64,000 nucleotides of DNA from Gemmatimonadota bacterium (GTDB taxonomy: Bacteria; JBHIER01; G020348925): assembly GCA_020348925.1 (NCBI GenBank), contig CP070758.1:4959775-5023774 (forward strand), in the 5' to 3' direction. The position numbers and the translations under genes were made by a program. Under the pieces are notes generated by a model. That model was not told the DNA's origin and ran no database searches. It saw only the letters and a program-made list of their open reading frames with translations. Positions within the stretch are counted from its first letter, which is position 1. Each line of letters opens with the position of its first letter. Shown here piece after piece: positions 1-9,933 of this stretch.

Positions 1-474
1 CAGATTTCCTGCAACCAGTTTGGAGTTTTCCAGTGATTTCCCTTGAAGCGTTCGGGTGAAACTGGGCTTCTCAATATTTGCCCCGAGTCCGGGTGTCTCA
101 AAATGGCCGGTGAGAATAAAGATCCCACTGATCTTGCCTTCCGTATCAATACCCATCATGACATGAATAAACCCGCCGTACCCCTCTCCTGCCCGGGAGA
201 AGGCAACCCCCGTAATGCGATCTCCCTCTTTCCCGAGATACACTTCCAGACTGTCCGGATAGCCTTTGCTGTCCGCACCAATGTATATCTTTCTCTTGTC
301 CTGGATAGGATCGTTGTCAAAGCCCGGCGGCAGCACCGAGCGAATGGCCTTCATCGTAGCCATCCACTCCTGCTGCGCAATGCGATCGGCCGTCAGAAAA
401 TTTACCAGAGACAGGGCCACAGCCGCACCGATACAGACAAGGGTCAATGTGGCAATCAATGGTGTTAATTTCAC
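1..474 (-). CDS. rnfG: Rnf electron transport complex subunit G (3'-truncated by window edge; absent from ORF track)
   Basis: Manual translation from GTG at 474, after a GAGGAG RBS: MKLTPLIATLTLVCIGAAVALSLVNF...GEGYGGFIHVMMGID...HFETPGLGANIE. N-terminal TM helix and ETPGLG motif; follows rnfD. Confidence 0.88.
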   Translation of the reverse strand, partial: MKLTPLIATLTLVCIGAAVALSLVNFLTADRIAQQEWMATMKAIRSVLPPGFDNDPIQDKRKIYIGADSKGYPDSLEVYLGKEGDRITGVAFSRAGEGYGGFIHVMMGIDTEGKISGIFILTGHFETPGLGANIEKPSFTRTLQGKSLENSKLVAGNL

Positions 475-489
475 GAAGATCTCCTCAAT

Positions 490-1623
490 CTATGCCCCGA
501 ACCGTCTCGGTTTCGTCCACCTGTCGATCAGGGGTGTAAAGGCATTCATGAACAATATCGAATATGAGACTCCCTCAGGATAGCCCCCCCAGAGGCGAAT
601 CACTACCGTCAGAACTCCACACCCGAGGCCGAAGATGTATCGTCCCTTGACCGTCACCGGCGTCGTGACCATGTCCGTCGCCATAAAAAAGGCACCGAGG
701 ATGAGTCCTCCGGCGAGAATATGGAAGAGAGGATCGCCACTGAAGGCACCGCCTGTGCCCCCTAAGATCCACGTCAACAGGGCTACGGTGGCAATATAAA
801 AGAGCGGTATTCGCCAATCAATGAATTTTTTGTAGAGAAGATAGCCGGCCCCTAAAAGGAGCAGAATAACCGACGTTTCACCGATGCACCCGCTCACATT
901 CCCCCAGAAAAGATTTCCGTAGGTCGTCGAAAGATGTTCGATGGCCTCTTTGGCCTGAGCCATTTTCTCGACTGTCGCAGCCGGGTCGGCCAAAATCCGG
1001 TGGGCCTCCTGCAGGACACCCAAGGGAGTAGCCTTGGTGACGGTATCGAAGCCGGTCATCGTGCCCGTAATGGTCGGTGTCCAGTCGGTCGTCATGTGGG
1101 CCGGCCAGGAAGCCAGCAGAAAAGCCCGACCCAGTAAGGCCGGGTTCAGTGGATTGTATCCCAGACCACCGAACACCATCTTACCGATGGCAATGGCAAA
1201 GACCGATCCCACAATGGGCATCCACATGGGCACCCCACCGGGCAGATTGAAAGATAGAAGCATACCGGTAATAATGGCACTCCCGTCGGAGACCGTGATC
1301 GGACGGTGCATCACTTTCTGCATAAGCGCCTCGGCTACGACGGACGTGACGACAGCAATCAGAATCAGCCACAGGGCTCGAGCACCAAAGAAGTAGACCG
1401 CCCCGATCAAAGCCGGCAGGAGCGCGATGACGACCGAGTACATAATTCTCGGAACCGAGACGTCATCCCTGATGTGAGGCGACGCGGAAACAAAAAGAAG
1501 GCCGGGTTTCGCCTCTACATCCTCCTCAACCTTAGCCTTAGCCTCAGCCTTTATTTCCTCAGACGCCCTCTTCCCCTCAAAGTCCAGTTCGCTCTGAGGA
1601 CTTTTCTTTTCGTCCTCTCTCAT
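490..1623 (-). CDS. rnfD: Rnf complex subunit D
   Basis: SASPHIR, DGSAIITG, KMVFGGLGYNPLNPA, TKATPL (FMN site), FFMATDMVT, YPEGV motifs. ATG at 1623 overlaps the rnfC stop (TAATG). Confidence 0.95.
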   Translation of the reverse strand: MREDEKKSPQSELDFEGKRASEEIKAEAKAKVEEDVEAKPGLLFVSASPHIRDDVSVPRIMYSVVIALLPALIGAVYFFGARALWLILIAVVTSVVAEALMQKVMHRPITVSDGSAIITGMLLSFNLPGGVPMWMPIVGSVFAIAIGKMVFGGLGYNPLNPALLGRAFLLASWPAHMTTDWTPTITGTMTGFDTVTKATPLGVLQEAHRILADPAATVEKMAQAKEAIEHLSTTYGNLFWGNVSGCIGETSVILLLLGAGYLLYKKFIDWRIPLFYIATVALLTWILGGTGGAFSGDPLFHILAGGLILGAFFMATDMVTTPVTVKGRYIFGLGCGVLTVVIRLWGGYPEGVSYSILFMNAFTPLIDRWTKPRRFGA

Positions 1624-2963
1624 TATCCGGTTACTCTCTCCATGGCCACAATCTCGGCCTTCCCGTACTTGAACGCGTGGACGAGATTGATCTTCGATGG
1701 ACACACAAAGGCACAGCACCCGCATTCGATGCAGTCCTGAACGCCGCTCGCCTTTGCCTCCTCGAAGCGCTTTTTCTCGACCAGTTTCCCCAAGACCGTC
1801 GGTACCAGTTTCATGGGACACGCATCCACACATCTGGCACACGAAATACAGCTCAGCGCACTCCCGATGGAGGCCGACCTCTCATCAACGACGAGGATGC
1901 CCGATGTTCCTTTGATGACCGGGACGTCATCCCGGTCCTGAGCCAACCCCATCATTGGGCCACCCATGACAAGTTTGCCGACCTCACCCCTGTAACCGCC
2001 GCAGGCGGTAATCAGCTCACTGAAAAGGGTGCCAATACGGACTCGAAGGTTCTTCGGCTCGGTTACTCCAGGACCCGTTACCGTGACAATCCGCTCAACG
2101 ATCGGCTTCCGCTGTGTGACGGCGTCATGAATGGCCTTGGCCGTCCCCACGTTATGAACCAAGCAGGCCACATCCATGGGCAACCCCCCCGGCGGCACCT
2201 CCCGCCCTGTGAGGGATTTGATGAGCTGCTTCTCGGCTCCTTGGGGATATTTTACAGGCAACTTCACCAACGAGACATTTTTCACATCTTTGACATGGGA
2301 GGCCAGAACTCTCACCGCATCGGGCTTGTTCGCCTCAATGGCAATAATCCCCCTCCTCACACCGAGGATTCTCATAATGAGCCTGAATCCATACAGGATC
2401 TCCTCGGGCTGTTCCAGCATGAGTCGATGATCTGACGTGAGGTACGGCTCACATTCCGCGCCATTGAGGATAGCGATCTCGATGGATTTCTCTGGAGGGG
2501 GTGACAGTTTTACGTGGGTCGGAAAGGCCGCACCTCCCATGCCCGCCAGCCCGGCCTGTTGGATCATTTCACACAGCTGTTTTGTCTCCAATTGATCGAC
2601 ATTTTCCACCGGCCGAACCCCTTCATCCCACACATCGATCCCGTCACCCTCAATGACGACCGAGACCGCCTTGCTGCCCAAAGGATGGGGCATGGGCTCC
2701 ACGGCTGTGACCTTTCCCGTAATAGAGGCGTGGGAGGGAACAGAGACAAACCCCTTCGCTTCACTCACAGGCTGCCCTGTTTTTACTTCGTCCCCTTTTT
2801 GAACAATGGCCTCGGAGGGAGCACCCAGATGTTGTTGCAAGGGGACGACGACCCGTTTCGGAATTTCAAGATCCTCAATCGGCTTCGATTCAGTCAGGTG
2901 CTTCCACTCCGGAGGATGGGCTCCTCCTTTAAAAGTGCGTTGAAACATATCCTTGTATATCAA
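1623..2963 (-). CDS. rnfC: Rnf complex subunit C
   Basis: FKGGAHP, QHLGAP, GLAGMGGAAFPTHVK, NGAECEPYLTSD, KYPQGAEKQL, GGPMMG and two CxxCxxCxxxCP clusters. Confidence 0.96.
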   Translation of the reverse strand: MIYKDMFQRTFKGGAHPPEWKHLTESKPIEDLEIPKRVVVPLQQHLGAPSEAIVQKGDEVKTGQPVSEAKGFVSVPSHASITGKVTAVEPMPHPLGSKAVSVVIEGDGIDVWDEGVRPVENVDQLETKQLCEMIQQAGLAGMGGAAFPTHVKLSPPPEKSIEIAILNGAECEPYLTSDHRLMLEQPEEILYGFRLIMRILGVRRGIIAIEANKPDAVRVLASHVKDVKNVSLVKLPVKYPQGAEKQLIKSLTGREVPPGGLPMDVACLVHNVGTAKAIHDAVTQRKPIVERIVTVTGPGVTEPKNLRVRIGTLFSELITACGGYRGEVGKLVMGGPMMGLAQDRDDVPVIKGTSGILVVDERSASIGSALSCISCARCVDACPMKLVPTVLGKLVEKKRFEEAKASGVQDCIECGCCAFVCPSKINLVHAFKYGKAEIVAMERVTG

Positions 2964-3007
2964 AGTTTAACCGAACATACCACCTGTTCCCTCTGAAAGA
3001 AAGCTCT

Positions 3008-3036
3008 AATAAAAACAATTTCACCTCACATGTCAA
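3008..3036 (-). promoter_or_regulatory. Putative sigma70 promoter of the rnf operon
   Basis: Minus strand TTGACA, then a 17-nt spacer, then an AT-rich TTTATT(A) -10-like element upstream of rnfC. Confidence 0.5.
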
Positions 3037-3061
3037 GGGGAAATTCACAGTTCGTGGCAAT

Positions 3062-3091
3062 AAAAAACCCGGTTCCTCCTTCGAAACCGGG
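3062..3091 (-). terminator. Intrinsic terminator after nrdR
   Basis: CCCGGTTTC-GAAGGA-GGAACCGGG stem (9 bp, one G-U) followed by TTTTTT. Confidence 0.8.
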
Positions 3092-3159
3092 ACTTCTCTA
3101 AACGACCCGAACGCGGCATGGACGTCTCACGTCAGATTCCCTTCGATCCGCCACAGATC

Positions 3160-3609
3160 TTACTTCAGCAATCCCTTCAGCTCCTCCATAAACTGACTGA
3201 CATCCTTGAACTGACGATACACGGATGCAAACCGCACGTAAGCCACTTCATCGATGTCGTGCAGTTTCTGCATCACCCGCTCTCCGATCTCCCGGGAATC
3301 TATTTCGCTCTGTGACAAATTCTGCAGTTCGTTTTCGATCTCTTCGACTACGGTCTCGATCCGCTCAAGGCTCACCGGTCGCTTTTTACACGCGGTCACA
3401 ATGCCTGCCATCAGTTTCTGTCGATCGAAGGATTCTCTGCGCTTATCTCTCTTCACAACCGTCAAGATGACTGACTCGACATATTCATACGTCGTATATC
3501 GTTTCTTGCAGTCGAGGCACTCCCTGCGACGGCGAATGGCCTTGCCGCCGCGGGCCGATCGTGTATCGACGACACGATCTCTGGCGGAGTTGCAGAAGGG
3601 GCATTTCAT
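3160..3609 (-). CDS. nrdR: Transcriptional repressor NrdR
   Basis: MKCPFC...IRRRRECxxC...RYTTYE zinc ribbon, ATP cone, VAYVRFASVYRQF. Confidence 0.97.
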   Translation of the reverse strand: MKCPFCNSARDRVVDTRSARGGKAIRRRRECLDCKKRYTTYEYVESVILTVVKRDKRRESFDRQKLMAGIVTACKKRPVSLERIETVVEEIENELQNLSQSEIDSREIGERVMQKLHDIDEVAYVRFASVYRQFKDVSQFMEELKGLLK

Positions 3610-3646
3610 GAGAACCTCCTCGCCTTCAGACCCGATGAAGAATGCA

Positions 3647-4894
3647 TTATTCCTGCTCCATGTAGAGGGGAAACTGTTCGCACAGAGCCCTCACCTCGTC
3701 CCGAACTTTTTGATACACTGTCTCATCATCAACATTATGGATCACCTCTGCGATCCATCCTCCGACCAATTTCATCTCCGCTTCCTTCATGCCTCTCGTC
3801 GTCAGAGCCGGTGTCCCTATGCGGATACCGCTCGGGTTGAAGGGTGTCCGTTTATCAAAGGGGACCATATTCTTGTTGCACGTAATGTGCGCCTCATCGA
3901 GAGCTGCTTCGGCCTTCTTACCCGTCACCCCTTTATTTGTCAAATCTATGAGAATAAGGTGATTATCAGTACCTCCGGAGATCAGATCGAATCCCTGTGC
4001 CAGGAGCTCCTCCGCCAAGGCCACGGCGTTGTTCACAATTTGCACCGCGTACTCCTTAAAAGACGGCTGCATGGCCTCCTTGAAGGCGACAGCCTTGGCG
4101 GCGTTGACATGATCGTGGGGTCCGCCCTGGAGACCGGGGAAAACGGCCCGATCGATATCCTTCGCAAAGCGCTCTTTGCACATGATGACGGCTCCCCGGG
4201 GACCTCGCAAGGTCTTATGCGTCGTGGTCGTTACAACATCAGTGAAGGGAAAGGGACTCCGATGGACGTCACCGACAATAAGGCCGGCAATGTGAGCAAT
4301 ATCTGCCATGCTTACGGCTTCAATCTCCTGGGCCACTTCATGAAATGCATGAAAGTCGATCTCCCTGGGATACGCTGTTGCCCCTGAAAGGATCAATTTG
4401 GGCCGTTCCTTCAGGGCGATCTGCCTCATCTGGTCGTAATCGATGCGATGGGTTTTGGAATCGACACCGTATTGAACAAAATTGTAGGCTTTCCCCGAAA
4501 AATTTACCGGATGTCCATGAGTCAGATGCCCACCGTGGGCTAAGTTCATACCCATGATGGTATCGCCCAATTCCAACAGACCCGTGTAGACGGCAATATT
4601 CGCCGGGCTTCCCGAGTAGGGTTGGACGTTGGCATGTTCGGCCCCGAATAGCTTCTTGGCCCGCTCAATGGCCAAATCCTCCGCCATATCGATATATTTG
4701 TTCCCGCCATAGTATCGCTTATGGGGATAGCCTTCCGAGTATTTATTCGTCATGACACTTCCGAGGGCTTGGAGGACGGCCGGGCTGACGAAATTCTCCG
4801 AGGGGATCAGCTCTAAGCCAAAGCGCTGTCGCTCTATTTCGCCGCGGAGTGAAGCTGCAATCTCCGGATCAACCTGTTCTACATACTTTAACAA
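3647..4894 (-). CDS. glyA: Serine hydroxymethyltransferase
   Basis: [43 protein letters not shown]. Confidence 0.97.
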   Translation of the reverse strand: MLKYVEQVDPEIAASLRGEIERQRFGLELIPSENFVSPAVLQALGSVMTNKYSEGYPHKRYYGGNKYIDMAEDLAIERAKKLFGAEHANVQPYSGSPANIAVYTGLLELGDTIMGMNLAHGGHLTHGHPVNFSGKAYNFVQYGVDSKTHRIDYDQMRQIALKERPKLILSGATAYPREIDFHAFHEVAQEIEAVSMADIAHIAGLIVGDVHRSPFPFTDVVTTTTHKTLRGPRGAVIMCKERFAKDIDRAVFPGLQGGPHDHVNAAKAVAFKEAMQPSFKEYAVQIVNNAVALAEELLAQGFDLISGGTDNHLILIDLTNKGVTGKKAEAALDEAHITCNKNMVPFDKRTPFNPSGIRIGTPALTTRGMKEAEMKLVGGWIAEVIHNVDDETVYQKVRDEVRALCEQFPLYMEQE

Positions 4895-5376
4895 ATGACG
4901 CTCCTTTCCGATTGGGGAGACGGAGGATACGCGGATTGTCCTCCCTCGTAAGCCGTAATCTTTTCGATGCGCCGCTTATGGCGCCCACCCTCAAAAGGAG
5001 TTGACAACCACACCTTCACAATCTCGAGAGCAGAATCTTTGTCGACAATTCTTTCCCCCAGAACTAGGACATTGGCATCATTGTGTGATCGACTGAACTC
5101 AGCCATCTTCACCGTGGTGCACAGCGCCGCTCGAATTCCTGGAATTTTATTGGCCAAGATCGACATTCCAATACCTGAACCGCATACGAAGACACCGCGA
5201 GCACCCGCTCCTCTGGCTACCGCTTCAGCCGCAGGGATTCCGTAATCAGGGTAGTCTACCGAGTCCTCCGAGGTTGTACCGAAGTCAACGGGTTCATATC
5301 CTTGAGACGTCAAGAACGCCTTGACCGCCTCTTTCAATTGAAATCCAGCATGATCGCTGGCCACAACGATTTTCAT
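4888..5376 (-). CDS. rpiB: Ribose-5-phosphate isomerase B
   Basis: [33 protein letters not shown]. Confidence 0.96.
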   Translation of the reverse strand: MKIVVASDHAGFQLKEAVKAFLTSQGYEPVDFGTTSEDSVDYPDYGIPAAEAVARGAGARGVFVCGSGIGMSILANKIPGIRAALCTTVKMAEFSRSHNDANVLVLGERIVDKDSALEIVKVWLSTPFEGGRHKRRIEKITAYEGGQSAYPPSPQSERSVIC

Positions 5377-5499
5377 TCAAATGCAAGAGATGATTGAAGG
5401 ATGGAACGTGTACTATTGTCTCTTTGGGCAGACATACTCTTTCTGAACAAAGAAGTTCCCATGAAAAAGATCTTTAAGACACTTCAGACCAACATATTC

Positions 5500-6864
5500 T
5501 CATTTATTGGGTTTTTTCCCTTCTTCAAAGAACTTTTGCTCGTCAGTTGGAAGAAACTGACTCAGATATTCTATTTTCCCCTCAGCATATGCCTTCCATT
5601 CAGGGTCCTTTTTCGCTTTTGCAAATTGCTCAACCGCTTTCTCAAAAACCCGTGCCCACTCCAGTTTTACCCTTCCATCTTTATCGATATGTGGTGTGGC
5701 CCGTTTCTCGTAGATCTCACCGTACACGACACGGGCATACCCATAGTCCGGGTCCAAATTGATCGCTTTCTTAACGTTTCGCTCGGCTGCGTCCGGTTGC
5801 CCTATCTCATTATAGGCCGAAGCTAATTCAGCATATCCCTTGATGTTATCTGGCTCAAGCTCTATCACTTTTTTATAGGCGTCAATCGCTTCCCTGCTTT
5901 TTCCCATGCTCAGGCAGCATCGGCCCAAATAGAAGTACGCTTCAACATTGCCAGGATCCATCTCAACCAGTTCCGTAAGCACTTCCTCCGTTTTCTCATG
6001 CTCGCCGATATCGTAGTATTGCTTGCCCAAATTGAGCTTCGCCTGAGTGTCTTCAGGATTGAGCCTCAGGTATTTGAGATACACATCCACCAGGTTTACG
6101 ACCATGTCATTGCGCTTGTAGAGGATTTCCAGTGTGGAGAGCTCATCCCGTATTTGCCCGTCAATCTGCTCGATCTGCTGATTGTACTGGATGACCTGAG
6201 GATCCTCTCCGCCTTTTTCGTCAAGAATCTTGTCGCGAGCTTCAATCCACGCCTCCCTCTTCTTCAAGTCGGTCTCTGAAGCACGCTCGAATTCCCTGAT
6301 CGCTCCCTCGTCATTCTCCTGGTTGATGTACAGCTTGGCCAATGTCAGATTATAAGAGGACTCCTCCGGAAACTGCTCCACAACGATCTCATACTCACTG
6401 ATGGCCTCCTCTTCCAGACCTTTTGCCAGAAGGACGTAAGCCAGACCTCGATGGAAGTATTTGTTTTCCGAATCGACTTCCAGACCTCTCTCATAAACCC
6501 TCTGCGCACTATCGAGCTCGGCCAATCTGACGTAACAATCGGCGAGGTAGTAATAGGCACTTTTATATTTTGGATCGATTTCAATTGCCTTTTTCCCGGG
6601 CTCTATGGCATCTATGCACATTTTACGGCCCGGCTCAAGGGCCTCTCTCCACATTTGGTTTTTCCAGTACTCATAGAGCTGGCTGTAATATTTCTTATGC
6701 AGCGCTCGTTGCAGAGAGTCAGATGTCGTCGGTTCCGTCACCTGTTCCTGGCTCGTCTCATCCTTTGCTACATTCATGCTTGAGACACAGGGGGAGAGAA
6801 ACGGAATGAGCAAAAGCACACACGTAATCATGAATACACTTCTAACAACTTCTTGTTTCGCCAC
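5500..6864 (-). CDS. Exported tetratricopeptide-repeat protein
   Basis: Hydrophobic N-terminal signal and several TPR units (e.g. AYFYLGRCCLSMGKSREAIDAYKKVIELEPDN). Confidence 0.85.
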   Translation of the reverse strand: MAKQEVVRSVFMITCVLLLIPFLSPCVSSMNVAKDETSQEQVTEPTTSDSLQRALHKKYYSQLYEYWKNQMWREALEPGRKMCIDAIEPGKKAIEIDPKYKSAYYYLADCYVRLAELDSAQRVYERGLEVDSENKYFHRGLAYVLLAKGLEEEAISEYEIVVEQFPEESSYNLTLAKLYINQENDEGAIREFERASETDLKKREAWIEARDKILDEKGGEDPQVIQYNQQIEQIDGQIRDELSTLEILYKRNDMVVNLVDVYLKYLRLNPEDTQAKLNLGKQYYDIGEHEKTEEVLTELVEMDPGNVEAYFYLGRCCLSMGKSREAIDAYKKVIELEPDNIKGYAELASAYNEIGQPDAAERNVKKAINLDPDYGYARVVYGEIYEKRATPHIDKDGRVKLEWARVFEKAVEQFAKAKKDPEWKAYAEGKIEYLSQFLPTDEQKFFEEGKKPNK

Positions 6865-6939
6865 TTGTATTATCTCCTTTTCTTCTTATATCCTTGTCCT
6901 GAAAGAACAGTCGCTTCTCTGAAACTCTTGTAAGCACGT

Positions 6940-6968
6940 AAGGTACACATTTCAAAAGGTGTTGTCAA
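6940..6968 (-). promoter_or_regulatory. Putative sigma70 promoter of the TPR gene
   Basis: TTGACA-17 nt-TACCTT on the minus strand, about 75 nt upstream of the start. Confidence 0.55.
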
Positions 6969-6990
6969 CTCTTTTTCTGCTTTCGATGTC

Positions 6991-8064
6991 TCAGCTTTCA
7001 GCCAATCCCTCAGTCACCATGTCTCCAATTTGAGATGTACTCAGCCCACTGGCCGCCGAGAGCGATGCAATCTGTTTTGAAGCGAGGAGAAACTCCACTC
7101 TTTTACCTATCCGTTGCGCGCCTCGCTCCTCTCCCAGAAACTCGAGCATCATCTTTATCGTTTCGATGGTAGCCAGAGGGTTGGCCACGTTTTTACCGGC
7201 ATACTTCGGGGCGGACCCGTGAATGGGTTCAAACATCGAGACCTGCCCCGGATGGATGTTGCCCGACGCGGCCACTCCCATACCGCCCTGGAGCATAGCA
7301 CCCAAGTCTGTAATAATATCTCCGAACATGTTGTTCACGACGATAACGTCAAACCATTCGGGATTTTTGACCATCCACATCGTGGCCGCATCGACGTACG
7401 CATGATCTTTTTCGATATCTTCGTACTCCCGGCCGACTTCTTCAAAGGTTCTCGTCCACAAATCCATGGCCCGAACTGCATTGGCCTTATCGACCAGGGT
7501 CAGCTTCTTGCCCATATTCCGTTTCCTGGCCACGTCAAAAGCGTACCGAATCACCCGTTCCACGCCTTTTCGGGTGAAAATCATCTCCTGGAGGGCCACC
7601 TCATCCGGGGTTCCTTTCTTCAGAAATCCCCCAATACCGGCGTAGAGATCCTCGGTGTTCTCCCTCACCACAACAAAATCGATATCCTCAGGCTTTTTAT
7701 CCTTGAGAGGGCAGAGGTGCTCCGCGTACAACTTTATCGGCCTCAGATTCACATACAGATCAAGCCTGAACCGGATTCCTCCTATGATGGCCCTTTCCAC
7801 GAGACCGACCTCAACACGCGGGTCACCGATGGCCCCCACGAGGATGGCGTCGAACTTCCGAAGCTCATCGAAAATCGCTTCGGGCATCAATTCTCCGGTG
7901 TCCAAGTAGTGCTGAGTACAATAGGGATATTCGACCCGTTCCGTGCCGAACCCCTCAAGTCCCTCAATTTCATCCAAAACCTTGAGACCTTCACGAACCA
8001 CCTCAGGTCCGATACCATCACCAGCAAAAATCGCGATCTTGTAACTCTTCTTCTCTTTTGCCAT
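6991..8064 (-). CDS. leuB: 3-isopropylmalate/isocitrate-family beta-decarboxylating dehydrogenase
   Basis: GDGIGPEV, YVNLRP, VRENTEDLY, DKAN, NMFGDIITD, FEPIHGSAP. Substrate cannot be proven from sequence. Confidence 0.8.
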   Translation of the reverse strand: MAKEKKSYKIAIFAGDGIGPEVVREGLKVLDEIEGLEGFGTERVEYPYCTQHYLDTGELMPEAIFDELRKFDAILVGAIGDPRVEVGLVERAIIGGIRFRLDLYVNLRPIKLYAEHLCPLKDKKPEDIDFVVVRENTEDLYAGIGGFLKKGTPDEVALQEMIFTRKGVERVIRYAFDVARKRNMGKKLTLVDKANAVRAMDLWTRTFEEVGREYEDIEKDHAYVDAATMWMVKNPEWFDVIVVNNMFGDIITDLGAMLQGGMGVAASGNIHPGQVSMFEPIHGSAPKYAGKNVANPLATIETIKMMLEFLGEERGAQRIGKRVEFLLASKQIASLSAASGLSTSQIGDMVTEGLAES

Positions 8065-8139
8065 TTTCTGTACCCTATTCTTTAAACTGATAAACTGAAA
8101 ATCAAGTTCCGTAGCGATGCATGTGCTCTACCGTAATCA

Positions 8140-8652
8140 TCATTCTCGTAATGGCTTACTTTTTTGTGACAGGGCGGCCACGAACCTCATCAGGCCTCCT
8201 TCGGCGACGATTTCCTGAATGAACTCGGGCAGAGGTTCCGTCTCAAAGGAAAGGTTTTTGGTCACATTGAAAATTTTTCCTGCAGTGGGATCGATCTCCA
8301 GTGTGTCCCCCGTCTCGATACCATCCACAGCCTCGGGGCACTCGAAAATGGGCAGCCCGATGTTGATGGCATTTCGATAAAAAATACGGGCGAAACTCTT
8401 GGCGATGACACAGGAGACGCCGGCCGCCTTGATGGACAGAGGTGCGATCTCGCGCGAACTGCCGCATCCGAAATTGGTCTCCGCCACGATGATATCTCCC
8501 GGACGCATGTTCTTCACGAAATCCGGATCAAGGTCCTCCAGGCAATGTTTGGCCAATTCGCTGGCCTCAGCGATATTTGCATACCGCCCCGGGATAATGA
8601 CATCGGTATCGATATTCCTGCCGTATTTCCAGGTCCGGCCCCTCAGCATCAT
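8140..8652 (-). CDS. leuD: Isopropylmalate/homoaconitate hydratase small subunit
   Basis: NIDTDVIIPGRY, NFGCGSSRE, SFARIFYRNAINIGLP. Confidence 0.88.
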   Translation of the reverse strand: MMLRGRTWKYGRNIDTDVIIPGRYANIAEASELAKHCLEDLDPDFVKNMRPGDIIVAETNFGCGSSREIAPLSIKAAGVSCVIAKSFARIFYRNAINIGLPIFECPEAVDGIETGDTLEIDPTAGKIFNVTKNLSFETEPLPEFIQEIVAEGGLMRFVAALSQKSKPLRE

Positions 8653-9930
8653 CTACACGACCTCCTCCGGATGCGCAATCTTTCCCGCCACAGCCGACGC
8701 AGCCGCCACCGCCGGACTGGCCAGATAGATTTCACTGCTGAGCGGTCCCATGCGCCCGACGAAATTGCGATTGCTCGTGGAGACACACCGCTCCCTCTCC
8801 CCCAGTACGCCCAGGTGTCCACCGATACACGGACCGCAGGAGGGCGTGCTGAAGGCGCATCCCGATTCGATGAAGGTCTCCGCAAGCCCCTCATGGATCG
8901 CCTGAAGGGCAACCTTCTGTGTGCCGGGGAAGATGAGCGCCCGAACCTTCGGATGGACCCTCTTCCCTTTGAATACTTCCGCCGCAATGCGAAGATCCTC
9001 GATCCGGCCGTTGGTGCAGAAACCGATTACGACCTGATCGATGTCCACCTCTCCCACTTCGCGAACCGGCTTCACATTCTCCGGTAAGCTGGGAACAGCT
9101 ACTTGAGGTTCAATTTCGGACAGATCGTATTCCAATGTCCTGACATATTCGGCATCCGGATCACTTTTAAAATTCCTCATTCTCGATTCATGATCCTCAA
9201 TTGTCCCTTTGACATACTCCACAGTCTTTTCATCGGCTTCAAAAATGCCCGTCTTGGCTCCGGCTTCTATGGCCATGTTGGCCATGGTGAACCGATCAGC
9301 TATACTCAAATGGGTCACGCCCTCTCCGGTGAACTCCAGAACCTGGTAAATAGCCCCGTCAACGCCGAGATCCCCGATAGTGTAGAGAATGATATCCTTC
9401 CCGCTGACCCATTTGCCCGGTTGTCCGTAATAAACCAACTTGATCGATTGGGGCACCCGCAGCCACACCTGTCCAATTGCGAAGGCAGCCGCCACATCGG
9501 TGCTGCCCACCCCAGTGGCAAAAGCTCCCAAAGCCCCGTAGGTACACGTATGGGAGTCACCCCCGATGATCAAGTCGCCCGGGGCCACAAGACCCTCCTC
9601 CGGCAGGAGAACGTGCTCGATCCCTCCCCGACCGACCTCGAAGTAATGGGTGATCCCGTATTCTTGGGCAAACCGGCGAACCGCTTTGGTAATCTCCGCC
9701 GTTTTCATGTCCTTGTTGGGCGTGAAATGGTCTGGCACGAGTGCGATCTTTTCCGGATCAAAGACGCGCTTCGGCTTAATCTTCTCAAATTCTTGAATGG
9801 CCAGAATCGCAGACAGCTCGTTGGCCATGACCAGATCGATCACGGCCATGATGAGCTCACCGGCCCGGACCTCTTCCCGGCCGGCGTGAGCGGCAAGAAT
9901 TTTTTCGGCTATAGTCATACTCATGGTCAA
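8653..9930 (-). CDS. leuC: Isopropylmalate/homoaconitate hydratase large subunit
   Basis: [38 protein letters not shown]. Confidence 0.88.
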   Translation of the reverse strand: MTMSMTIAEKILAAHAGREEVRAGELIMAVIDLVMANELSAILAIQEFEKIKPKRVFDPEKIALVPDHFTPNKDMKTAEITKAVRRFAQEYGITHYFEVGRGGIEHVLLPEEGLVAPGDLIIGGDSHTCTYGALGAFATGVGSTDVAAAFAIGQVWLRVPQSIKLVYYGQPGKWVSGKDIILYTIGDLGVDGAIYQVLEFTGEGVTHLSIADRFTMANMAIEAGAKTGIFEADEKTVEYVKGTIEDHESRMRNFKSDPDAEYVRTLEYDLSEIEPQVAVPSLPENVKPVREVGEVDIDQVVIGFCTNGRIEDLRIAAEVFKGKRVHPKVRALIFPGTQKVALQAIHEGLAETFIESGCAFSTPSCGPCIGGHLGVLGERERCVSTSNRNFVGRMGPLSSEIYLASPAVAAASAVAGKIAHPEEVV

Positions 9931-9933
9931 AAT

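Noticed and set aside
3030-3050. Rex operator upstream of rnfC
   Set aside because: TGTGAA and TTGACA are 7 nt apart rather than matching TTGTGAA-N4-TTCACAA; better explained as a -35 box.
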